NCBI GenBank assembly: GCA_963748265.1
Contig: CAVVIG010000009.1
Coordinates: 72,374 to 136,373, forward strand
DNA length: 64,000 nucleotides
Direction: 5' to 3'
DNA from: an uncultured Acidobacteriota bacterium
GTDB lineage: Bacteria; Acidobacteriota; Vicinamibacteria; Vicinamibacterales; CAVVIG01
Shown: one piece after another, positions 28,177 to 36,929 of the stretch
How positions within the stretch are numbered: the stretch's first letter is position 1
Layout: every line of letters starts with the position of its first letter
Program-made: the position numbers and the translations under genes
The notes under the pieces: model-generated
Databases searched by the model: none
The model's input: only the letters and a program-made list of their open reading frames with translations
Told to the model about the DNA's origin: nothing

Positions 28177-29402
28177 CCTCCAGGCCGCTGCGTCAGACCG
28201 CCGACCAGCTGATTCCCGAGCTTGCGCGCTACCAGCGCCAGTTCCTGATGGCCGGCGGCGCTGCGGCGTGCGATGTCGCTCGTCGGGCTGTTCATCAACC
28301 CGGCGCAGTTCTTCCAGTCGTACCTGACGGCGTACATGTTCGTGCTGGGCGCGACGCTCGGCTGCCTCGCGCTCGGCATGATCCACCAGCTCTCGGGCGG
28401 CGCCTGGGGCGTCGTCACCCGGCGGCCGATCGGCGCCGCGTCGCGCGTCCTGCCGGTGCTGACGCTGCTGTTCCTGCCGATCGTCTTCGGCATCCGCCAC
28501 CTGTACGAGTGGACGCACGCCGACGTCGTCGCGGCCGACGAGATCCTGCGCGGCAAGCAGCTCTACCTGAACACGCCGTTCTTCCTCGCGCGGGCCGCCG
28601 TCTACTTCGCGGTCTGGAACGCGCTCGCGTACTTCCTGAACAAGTGGTCGCTCGAACAGGACCGCACCGGCGATCCGCGCATTGCCCGCCGCATGCAGCT
28701 GCTGAGCGGCGGCGGGCTCGCTCGTCTACGGCCTGACGGTCACCTTCGCCGCGTTCGACTGGATGATGTCGCTCGAGCCGCACTGGTTCTCGACGATCTA
28801 CGGCGTGCTGATCATGGGCGGCCAGGGCCTGACCGCGCTGGCGTTCCTGATCGTCGTGCTGGCGTGGCTGAGCCGCCGCCCGCCGCTCGACGCCATCGTC
28901 GTGCCCGGGCACTTCCACGATCTCGCGAACCTGATGCTCGCGTTCGTGATGCTGTGGGCGTACTTCTCGTTCTCGCAGTACCTGATCATCTGGTCGGGCA
29001 ACCTGCCCGAGGAGATCACGCTGGTACATGCACCGCCTGCACCACGGCTGGCGGTTCATCGGCGTCGGCGCTCGTGGTGTTCCACTTCGCCGTGCCGTTC
29101 GTGCTGCTGCTGTCGCGCGCCGTCAAGCGCGAGCCCGACGATCGTCTGAAGGTCGCGGTCGGCATTCTCGTCGCGCGGCTGGTCGATCTGTTCTGGCTGA
29201 TCGCGCCGGAGTTCCACGCACGGCGTCTGTCCGTCAGCTGGATGGACGTCGTGGTGCCGCTGACGCTCGTGGCGCTCTGGCTCGGCTGCTTCATCTGGCA
29301 GCTTCGCGGCCGCGCGATCCTGCCGGTGCACGACCCGCAGTTCGAGGAAGCGCTCGGCCGGTCCTCGAAAGCGGCACGGCGAGCGGCCGGACGGCCGGAT
29401 AG
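28173..29402 (+). CDS. actF: Alternative complex III subunit ActF (polytopic membrane subunit), about 3 frame changes
   Basis: '[44 protein letters not shown]' (ORF 28273-29622), '[35 protein letters not shown]...[16 protein letters not shown]' (ORF 28763-29149), '[10 protein letters not shown]'. The GTG 28173 overlaps the actE stop (GTGA). The stop is TAG 29400-29402. Confidence 0.8.
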
Positions 29403-29410
29403 TAGTCGAC

Positions 29411-29826
29411 ATGACGCAGACACCCTCGACGGACACGCCGCAGTCCACCACGAAGAGAGCGACGTCGACATTCCGTGCGATCTTCGGATTCGGCGACCGG
29501 CCTGCGTCATCGTCGCGGCTGGTCATTCACGTGGTGATTGGCTGATGTTCGGATATCTTCGACCGGCCGCGAAGCCGCAAGTGCCGGGCAACTGTATCCG
29601 CTCGCCGCCGGCCAGGAGATGAGGCTGCCGCCGCCAGCCGCGGCTGCAGATCACGCCGCGGCAGGACCTGCGGGATCTGCGCGCGCGCGAGGACCAGATG
29701 CTGAACAGCTACGGTGGGTCGATCGCAAGGCCGGCACTGGTCCGGATTCCGATCGGCGAGGCGATGCAGCTGACGCTCGAGCGGGGGTTTCCGTCCGCCG
29801 GTCGCCGGAGCCAGGAACGCCAGTGA
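29411..29826 (+). CDS. Small membrane protein between actF and sco1 (unknown; possible accessory ACIII/oxidase subunit), frame-scrambled
   Basis: ATG 29411. Pieces 'HEESDVDI', 'RAIFGFG' and a hydrophobic stretch; then 'QLYPLAAGQEMRLPPP', 'RLQITPRQDLRDLRAREDQMLNSYGWVDRKAG', 'IPIGEAMQLTLERGFP' (own three-frame reading). The stop TGA 29824-29826 overlaps the next GTG. Confidence 0.45.
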
Positions 29827-30693
29827 CACGACATTCGGCGCGGACGCGGCAGGTCGAGGATAGCTGTTCACGTCGGCTGTCTTTGCCTGCTCGGCGGTGA
29901 TCGTGGGCGCCGGCGCAGATGACCGGCGCGCCGGCGCCCGGGTATCGGATGGAACCGGGCACTCCGGCCTCGGCGATTCCGGCGCCGCTGCGCGAGATTG
30001 GCTTCGACCAGAACTGAATCGATCCGCTGCCGCTCGACGTCGAGTTCCGGGACGAACAGGGACAGGTCGTGCGGCTCGGCGAGTACTTCGGCAGCAGGCC
30101 GGTGGTGCTCGCCTTCGTCTACTACGACTGCCCGATGCTCTGCACCAGGTGCTGAGCGCGATGACGAGCAGCCTGCGTGCTGGCGCTCGAGCCCGGCACG
30201 GGACTTCGAGATCGTCGTGGTCAGCTTCGACCCCCGGGAGACCCCGGCGATCGCGGCGGCGCGACAAGAAGGCGCTCTCGCGCGCTACGAGCGGCCGGAT
30301 GCCGCGGCCGGCTGGCACTTCCTGACCGGCGACCAGGCGTCGATCGAGCGCCTGACGAAGGCGGCCGGCTTCCGCTACGTGTGGGACGAGGAGACGCAGG
30401 CAGTTCGCCCACCCGGCCGGGCTCATCGTCCTGACGCCGGACGGCCGGCTCGCGCGTTACCTGTTCGGCCTCGAGTACGGACCGCGCGATCTGCGGTTCG
30501 CGCTCGTCGAAGCGTCTGCCGGCAGGATCGGCACGGCCGTCGATGCGCTGCTGCTCTACTGCTATCACTACGACCCGATGACGGGCCGCTACGGCCTCGT
30601 GATCATGCGCGCCCTGCGCATCGCCGGCGGCGCGACGGTGCTCGTGCTCGGCGCGTTCATCGCCGTCATGGTGCGTCGCGAGCGCCGCCGTAG
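29823..30693 (+). CDS. SCO1/SenC family copper chaperone, several frame changes
   Basis: 'PLREIGFDQ', 'VVRLGEYFGSRPVVLAFVYYDCPMLCT' (own translation 30067-30147; CxxxC) then 'QVLSAMTSSL', 'DFEIVVVSFDPRETPAIAAA', 'GWHFLTGDQASIERLTKAAGFRYVWDEETQ', 'HPAGLIVLTPDGRLARYLFG', C-terminal TM 'IMRALRIAGGATVLVLGAFIAVMV'. Confidence 0.8.
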
Positions 30694-30762
30694 GTCCTCC
30701 AGGGCGCGACGCACCGACTTACCAGCCACCCGGTACCGGCCGTCCGACCAGCGCGCTATAAT

Positions 30763-31727
30763 ATGGGAACTGCCCCTTGTTTCCCTGAGTCCGCTTCGAC
30801 GATGGCGCCCCGCGTGGACGCGCTGTATTTCTTTCTCGTCGGCATCTCGGCGTTCTTCTCGCTGCTGATCGCCGGCCTGATCGTCTACTACGCGGTCGGT
30901 ACCGCCGGCGGTCGCCCGACGGCGTCGGCGCCCGCATCAACGGCGGGCTCGTGCTCGAGATCACCTGGACGGTGATCCCGCTCCTCATCACGATGGTGAT
31001 CTTCGTCTGGGGCGCGAGCGTGTTCTTCGCGATGGCGCGGCCGCCCGACGAGACGCTCAACATCTACGTCGTCGGCAAGCAGTGGATGTGGAAGTTCCAG
31101 CACCTCGACGGCACAGCGCGAGATCAACGAGCTGCACGTGCCGGTCGGCCGGCCGGTGAAGCTGATCATGACGTCCGAGGACGTGATCCACGACGTCTTC
31201 GTCCCGGCGTTCCGCGTCAAGGCGGACGTCGTTCCCGGGGCGGTACACGCATCTCTGGTTCGAGCCGACGAAGCCCGGCAGCTACCACCTGTTCTGCGCC
31301 GAGTACTGCGGCACGCGGCACTCCGGGATGATCGGCCGGGTCGTCGTGATGGAGCCGAACGACTATCAGACCGTGGCTGAGCCGGCGGCAGGCCGAAGGA
31401 TCGCTGGCCTCGGCCGGCGAGAAGCTGTTCGACGACCTGGCGTGCAACACCTGCCATCGCCCGGACGCGCAGGGGCGCGGCCCGGTGCTGGAGGGCCTGT
31501 TCGGCAAGACCGTCACGCTCGAAGGCGGCGGCACGGTCGTCGTCGACGAGGCGTACCTGCGCGAGTCGATCGTGCAACCCGGCGGCGAGGATCACCGCCG
31601 GGTTCCAGCCGGTCATGCCGACCTTTCAGGGGCTGGTGAACGAGGACGGGCTGCTCGAGCTGATCGAGTACGTGAAGTCGCTGCAGAACCGGCCGCAGGC
31701 GCCCCGCCGTGCGACCCGAGAGCGTGA
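30763..31727 (+). CDS. coxB: Cytochrome c oxidase subunit II with C-terminal cytochrome c domain (caa3 type), about 3 frame changes
   Basis: '[25 protein letters not shown]', '[18 protein letters not shown]', '[33 protein letters not shown]', CuA site '[14 protein letters not shown]', haem site 'CNTCH', '[23 protein letters not shown]'. The exact stop is uncertain (31727 or later). Confidence 0.88.
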
Positions 31728-31762
31728 GACACGCCGGCGCCAGGCGAGGCGAACAGGTAACC

Positions 31763-33382
31763 ATGGCGTCTCCTGTTCTCCATCCCGCCGCGCCACTACC
31801 TGAACGACGGCTACGGCGTCGGTCGTGGCTGCTGACGCGCGACCACAAGCGCATCGCGCTGCTGTATCTCGCGGCCGTCACGTTCTTCTTCTTCGTCGGC
31901 GGCGCCTTCGCCGTGCTGATCCGCCTCGAGCTCGCGACGCCGGCCGGCGACCTGGTCAGCGACGACACCTACAACAAGCTGTTCACGATGCACGGCGTGA
32001 TGATGGTGTTCTTCTTCCTCATCCCCGCCATCCCGGCCGTGCTCGGCAACTTCCTCGTGCCGATCATGATCGGCGCGAAGGATCTGGCGTTCCCGAAGCT
32101 GAATCTCGCGAGCTGGTACATCTACATGATCGGCGCGACGTTCACGATGTATGCGATCGTGACCGGCGGGCTCGACACCGGCTGGACGTTCTACACGCCG
32201 TTCAGCACCGTCTCGTCCAACACCAACGTCATCCCGGCGGCGCTCGGCATCTTCATCACCGGCTTCTCGTCGATCCTGACCGGCCTGAACTTCATCGTCA
32301 CGATCCACCGGATGCGGGCGCCCGGCATGACCTGGTTCCGGCTGCCGCTGTTCATCTGGTCGCATTACGCGACCAGCCTGATCATGGTGCTCGGCACGCC
32401 GGTCATCGCCATCACGATCCTGCTGGTCGCCGCCGAACGGCTGTTCCAGTTCGGCATCTTCGATCCGGCGGTCGGCGGCGACCCGGTGCTCTTCCAGCAC
32501 CTGTTCTGGTTCTACTCGCACCCGGCCGTCTACATCATGATCCTGCCGGCGATGGGCGTCATCAGCGAGCTCGTCGCCGCCTTCTGCCGCAAGCAGGTCT
32601 TCGGCTACACGTTCGTCGCGTTCGCCAGCCTCGGCATCGCCGTGCTCGGCTTCCTCGTCTGGGGCCACCACATGTTCGTGGCGGGCCAGTCGGTGTACGC
32701 GGCGCTGATCTTCTCGTTCCTGAGCTTCCTCGTCGCGATCCCGTCGGCGATCAAGGTCTTCAACTGGACGGCGACGATGTACAAGGGCTCGATCTCGTGG
32801 GAGACGCCGATGCTGTACGCCATCGGCTTCATCGGGCTGTTCACGATCGGCGGGCTGACCGGCCTGTTCCTGGCCGCGGTCGGCCTCGACGTGCACGTCA
32901 CCGACACCTACTTCATCGTCGCGCACTTCCACTACATCATGGTCGGCGGCACGATCATGGGGTATCTCGGCGGGCTGCACTACTGGTGGCCGAAGATCGC
33001 GGGCCGCATGTACAACGAGCTGCTGGCCAAGGTCAGCGCGGGCATCATCTTCGTCGGCTTCAACCTGACGTTCTTCCCGCAGTTCATCCTCGGCTACCTC
33101 GGCATGCCGCGGCGCTATCATGCGTATCCGCCGGAGTTCCAGGTGCTGAACGTGCTGTCGTCGGCCGGCGCGTCGATTCTCGGCGTCGGCTACCTGATGC
33201 CGATGGTCTACCTGGCCTGGTCGCTGCGCTACGGCAAGCTCGTGGGCTCGAATCCCTGGGGCGCTGTCGGCCTCGAGTGGACGACGACCTCGCCGCCGCC
33301 GACCGAGAACTTCGCCGAGACGCCGATGGTGACGTGGGACGCGTACGACTATCCGACGCAGGTGGAGGGGCACGTTGTCTGA
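31763..33382 (+). CDS. ctaD: Cytochrome c oxidase subunit I
   Basis: ORF 31709-33382, ATG 31763: '[16 protein letters not shown]', '[41 protein letters not shown]', '[22 protein letters not shown]', '[11 protein letters not shown]', 'HFHYIMVGG'. Open over its full length, but the N-terminal ~30 codons look doubly frameshifted (see findings). Confidence 0.95.
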   Translation: MASPVLHPAAPLPERRLRRRSWLLTRDHKRIALLYLAAVTFFFFVGGAFAVLIRLELATPAGDLVSDDTYNKLFTMHGVMMVFFFLIPAIPAVLGNFLVPIMIGAKDLAFPKLNLASWYIYMIGATFTMYAIVTGGLDTGWTFYTPFSTVSSNTNVIPAALGIFITGFSSILTGLNFIVTIHRMRAPGMTWFRLPLFIWSHYATSLIMVLGTPVIAITILLVAAERLFQFGIFDPAVGGDPVLFQHLFWFYSHPAVYIMILPAMGVISELVAAFCRKQVFGYTFVAFASLGIAVLGFLVWGHHMFVAGQSVYAALIFSFLSFLVAIPSAIKVFNWTATMYKGSISWETPMLYAIGFIGLFTIGGLTGLFLAAVGLDVHVTDTYFIVAHFHYIMVGGTIMGYLGGLHYWWPKIAGRMYNELLAKVSAGIIFVGFNLTFFPQFILGYLGMPRRYHAYPPEFQVLNVLSSAGASILGVGYLMPMVYLAWSLRYGKLVGSNPWGAVGLEWTTTSPPPTENFAETPMVTWDAYDYPTQVEGHVV

Positions 33383-34046
33383 GACCACGATCAGCGCCGT
33401 TCACCGCGGCCGCCATCCGGCGCTCGCGCACCAGTTCGAGAGCCTCGAGCAGCAGAAAGAGGCGGCCACGCTCGGCATGTGGGTGTTCCTCGTCACCGAA
33501 GTGCTGTTCTTCGGCGGGCTGTTCGCCGCCTACTGCGTCTACCGCAGCTGGTATCCGGACGCGTTCGCCGCGGCCAGCCACGAGCTCGACATCGTGCTCG
33601 GCAGCGATCAACACGGTCGTGCTCATCACCAGCAGTCTGACGATGGCGCTGGCGGTCCACGCGGCGCAGACGGGCGAGCGCCGGCCTGCTGCTGGTTCCT
33701 CCTGGCCACGATGGTGCTGGGCGCGATGTTTCTCGGGATCAAGGGCGTCGAGTACTACCACAAGTTCGCAGAGCACCACGTGCCGGGCCCGCGTTTCGGT
33801 TCGAAGCCGAGTACTGTCAGCACGCGCAGATCTTCTTCTCGCTCTACTTCGTGATGACGGGACTGCACGCCCTGCACATGATCATCGGCCTGGGCATCAT
33901 GGCGTGATGCTCTGGTGGTCGTGGAACGGCACGATCACGGCGAATACGCCAGCCCGATCGAAATCAGCGGCCTCTACTGGCACTTCGTCGACATCGTCTG
34001 GATCTTTCTGTTTCCGCTGCTGTACCTGATCGGGAGGCACGGGTAG
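33375..34046 (+). CDS. ctaE: Cytochrome c oxidase subunit III, about 3 frame changes
   Basis: '[25 protein letters not shown]' (ORF 33375-33854), '[21 protein letters not shown]', '[24 protein letters not shown]', '[25 protein letters not shown]' (own translation). Stop TAG 34044-34046. The start codon is TTG 33375, overlapping the ctaD stop, so the start is uncertain. Confidence 0.85.
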
Positions 34047-34161
34047 CCAATCGTGAAACTGCAGATTGCAGATTGCAGATCGAAGGTTGATTGTGGGTTG
34101 ATTCGCAATCTGAAATTCAATCTGACGTCTGCAATCAGCGATCTGAAATGCCGCGCTCCCC
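34047..34161 (+). repeat. Intercistronic word-repeat element (tgcagat x3 plus partial inverted copies) inside the oxidase operon
   Basis: aaactgcagattgcagattgcagatcgaaggttgattgtgggttgattcgcaatctgaaattcaatctgacgtctgcaatcagcgatctgaaatg. Direct tgcagat x3 (34059-34080), ttgatt x2, and downstream complements (gtctgcaatc, cgatctg, aatctga). It fills the whole ctaE-coxIV gap and is AT-richer than the flanks. Confidence 0.6.
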
Positions 34162-34455
34162 ATGCCTGACCATATCGTTCCCACGCGTGTGTACTACGTG
34201 GTATTTGCCGCGCTGATGGTGGGCACCTACCTGACAGTGCAGGCGGCCTACTTCGATCTCGGGGCGTTCAACACGGTTGTCGCGGTGGGAATCGCGCTCA
34301 TCAAGGCGACGCTGGTCGTGCTGTTCTTCATGCACGTGAAGTACAGCACCCGGCTGACCTGGGTGGTCGTCGCGGGCAGCCTGTTCTGGCTCGGGATTCT
34401 TCTCGTCCTGACCTTCAGCGACTACCTCACGCGCGCGTGGCGGACATACGGATAG
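34162..34455 (+). CDS. Cytochrome c oxidase subunit IV (small caa3-type membrane subunit)
   Basis: Intact 97-aa ORF: 'YYVVFAALMVGTYLTVQAAYFDLG...VAVGIALIKATLVVLFFMHVKYS...WVVVAGSLFWLGILLVLTFSDYLTR'. The 'FFMHVK' motif and three TM segments are typical of the bacterial CoxIV family. Confidence 0.8.
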   Translation: MPDHIVPTRVYYVVFAALMVGTYLTVQAAYFDLGAFNTVVAVGIALIKATLVVLFFMHVKYSTRLTWVVVAGSLFWLGILLVLTFSDYLTRAWRTYG

Positions 34456-34467
34456 GAAAGACCCGAG

Positions 34468-34520
34468 AATCTGAAGGTCTCAAGTCTGATCAGACTTCAG
34501 GCTTGAGAACTCAGGTTTTT
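34468..34520 (+). terminator. Rho-independent terminator candidate closing the ACIII-oxidase array
   Basis: aatctgaaggtctcaagtctgatcagacttcaggcttgagaactcaggttttt. It contains the perfect 16-nt palindrome aagtctgatcagactt, flanking ctcaag/cttgag and ctgaag/cttcag pairs, and then TTTTT. Confidence 0.7.
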
Positions 34521-34629
34521 GGTAGCGTGCGCCGGAGAAGTCGGCGTGCTGGCGGCGCGGCCGCCGCGCGGATTCCGCGGGCGGCCACTGAGGTTTCGTA
34601 TTCGTATTCGCCCCGAGAGGCTGCCGATG

Positions 34630-35774
34630 CTATCGCGCTTGCGCCTTCAGTGTGAGCTTCTGAACTCTCCAGTTACCCAGCTCGCCAACCAGCAGTTCGT
34701 TCTCGTTGCGGCAATCGATCGAGTTGACAATGCCGAACTCCTTCGGCAGTTTGCCGGCCCGGCCGAACTTGCCCAGTAGTTTCCCGTCGAGATCGACCTT
34801 GTAGATGGCCGCGTCCTCCATGCCATCGGGATCGCCCGTGTGCGCGATGTACAGAGACTGGCGCGGTCCCGGCGTGATGCAGATCGCCGTCGGCGTTCCG
34901 ACATTCAGAAACTGCTTCTTGAACGTGCCGTCGCCGTCGAACACTTGGACTCGCCTGTTGCCCTCGTCTGCGGCGTACACGTTCCCCTGCGCGTCGATGG
35001 CGATGCCGTGGACGATGTTGAACTGGCCGGGTCCCGCTGCCTCGCGAACCCCACGACTTGATGTACTTGCCAGTCGGCTCGTACTTGGCGATTCTGGCGT
35101 TGCCGTAGCCGTCCGCCACGTAGATGTTGCCGGCAGCGTCCCATGCGACGTCGGTGGGACGATTGAAGCTCTCGCCCGTCGACGCCGGCTCCGGGCAGCG
35201 GACCTGCCTGCTGGCGCCAGCGGCTGGGGGAGCGCCGCGACCGGCCGGCCGGCTCGACGGCCTGCACGATCGGAAGTCCGGTCGCGAGGGGTGCAGCGGC
35301 AGGGCGGGCACGCGCATCGCCTCGGGCTTGCGGCTCAGAATCATCTGGACGCGCCCGTTCGGGTCGAACTTGATCACCTGCGTCGACATCTGGTCGACGA
35401 TCCAGACGTTGTCCTGCGCGGTCGACGCGCACCTGCTGCGCCTGCAGCAGGCCGTATGCGCCCTGGCCGATCTCCCGGACGAACTTGCCGGTCCGATCGA
35501 ACTGGAACAGCCGCGAGCCGCCGTGCGAGACGGCGCGCGCGGTGCCGAGGGTGATCTCGGGTTGCCCGTCCGCGTGTAGACGAACACATCGCCCTTCGAA
35601 TTGGTCGCCACGCCGGCCGCTTCACCCATGTGGACGTTGTCGGGGAGCTTCAACGGCTCGGGCGTCGAGTCGAACTGAATCTCGGGAACCGTCAACTGGG
35701 CGGCGAACAGCGCGCCGCCAGCCACGGCGACCGCGGCGCCGATCAGCAAGATTCGCAAAAGATCGATGTCTCAT
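34630..35774 (-). CDS. NHL-repeat six-bladed beta-propeller protein (secreted), many frame changes
   Basis: 'RILLIGAAVAVAGGALFAAQLTVPEIQFDSTPEPLKLPDNVHMGEAAGVATNSKGDVFVYTRTGNP', 'YVADGYGNARIAKYEPTGKYIKSWGSRG', 'MYAADEGNRRVQVFDGDGTFKKQFLNVGTPTAICITPGP...GELGNWRVQKLTL' (ORFs 34673-35758 and 34630-34980). The likely true ATG is 35774, 2 nt after the upstream paralog's stop. Confidence 0.8.
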
Positions 35775-35776
35775 GC

Positions 35777-36837
35777 TCAGTCTCCCGCCTTATCGTGCGG
35801 CCGAAGCGGTCTGCGGCTTTCTGGGGAGTCAGGATGAATCTTCTGCGCGCGCCAGGCGGAGATCTCCGACACGAACAGCTCATTCGGGTTCCGGCAGTCG
35901 ATCTCATGGACGGTGCTGAACTCGCCCAGCCCCTTGCCCGCCTTCCCGAACTTTCCGATGATCGTGCCGTCCAGCTCCATCTTGTAGATCTCGCCGGTGA
36001 TCGCCCACGATGCCGCCGGGATTGGTGTCCGGGTTGGAGTTCGACACGAACAAATACTGATGCGGCCCGGGCGAGATGCAGACCGCCCACGGGATTGCCG
36101 ACGTTGTCGTAGATGGCGCGCAGCGTCAGGTCGTTGTCGAAGACCTGGACGCGTGCGTTGCCGCGGTCGCCGACGTAGATGTTGCCCTGCGCGTCGGAGG
36201 TGATCGAGTGCGGCGTGTTCATCTGGCTCGGTGCGGACCCGCGCGCCCCGCCGACCGACTTGATGAACCGGCCGTTCTTGTCGTACTTCACGACGCGCGA
36301 GTTGACATAGCCGTCCGAGACGAAGATGTTGCCTTGCGCATCCCACGTGACGTCGGTCGGCCGTCCGAAGCGGTACTTCTCGGGCGGCGCGGGCGGCAGC
36401 GTGCTGTCGAACGCGCCCGCGACCGGTTCGGGCCGCCGGCCCAGCACCATCATCACCCGCCCTTCGGGGTTGAACTTGATGACCATGTTCGTCCCCTCGT
36501 CGACGACCCAGATGTTGTCCTGCGCGTCGACGCGCACCTGGTGCGCGAACTCAATGCCGTACAGACCCTGGCCGATTTCGCGGACGTAGTTGCCGTTCTC
36601 GTCGAACTCGAACAGCCGGGTATCGCCGCTGCGATGGTAGACGAAGACGTGCCCCTTGGAGTTGGTCGCGATGCCGATGCCTTCGCCGAAATAGAGATCC
36701 GGCGGAAGCTTGAAGAAATTCGGTACCGACGTGTGGGGGATGACGGGAACGTTTTCCGCCTTCGCCTTGGTCTGCGCGCCGACAGGCGCCGCGATGAGCA
36801 CGGCGGCGATGAGAGAGAAGCCAAGACGTCGCCTCAT
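35777..36837 (-). CDS. NHL-repeat six-bladed beta-propeller protein (secreted), paralog of the downstream gene, about 1-2 frame changes
   Basis: ORF 35743-36837: 'MRRRLGFSLIAAVLIAAPVGAQ', 'GEGIGIATNSKGHVFVYHRSGDTRLFEFDENGNYVREIG', 'IFVSDGYVNSRVVKYDKNGRFIKSVG', 'IYVGDRGNARVQVFDNDLTL'. The tail '...NELFVSEISAWRAQKIH' is in ORF 35777-36346. GGAGG precedes ATG 36837. Confidence 0.82.
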
Positions 36838-36929
36838 GAGAGCCTCCTGAAGTCAGGCGGAATTTCCGAGCGTCGGACTGCCTGGGTAACAGGGCAATTT
36901 ACACCCTCTCACCCCGTTGCATCAAGGTT

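Noticed and set aside
30757-30762. Perfect TATAAT hexamer immediately before the coxB ATG
   Set aside because: It abuts the start codon, so a transcript initiated from it would begin inside the gene. There is no matching -35, and the gene sits inside a tightly packed operon.
33244-33255. tRNA T-arm-like string gggctcgaatcc
   Set aside because: It lies inside the ctaD coding frame ('VGSNPWG'). No acceptor or anticodon stems can be built around it. I found no convincing tRNA anywhere in the window.
31811-34029. 525-aa minus-strand ORF (31811-33388) and 734-aa plus-strand ORF (31825-34029)
   Set aside because: Both overlap ctaD/ctaE, whose own frame carries unmistakable oxidase subunit I and III motifs. 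The alternative frames translate to Arg/Asp/His-rich low-complexity sequence.
34059-34080. tgcagat x3 direct repeats considered as a mini CRISPR or satellite
   Set aside because: The units are only 7 nt, contiguous and without spacers. No cas genes are present. I interpret them as the arm of a word-repeat hairpin instead.
34521-34650. Possible third, degenerate copy of the 160-nt repeat (contains tcgtattcgtattcg, reminiscent of the gaatatcgaatc segment of copy B)
   Set aside because: Similarity is limited to a short AT-rich patch and a vague aag-cggcgtg string. The conserved core gacccgcctccgccaaggc is absent.
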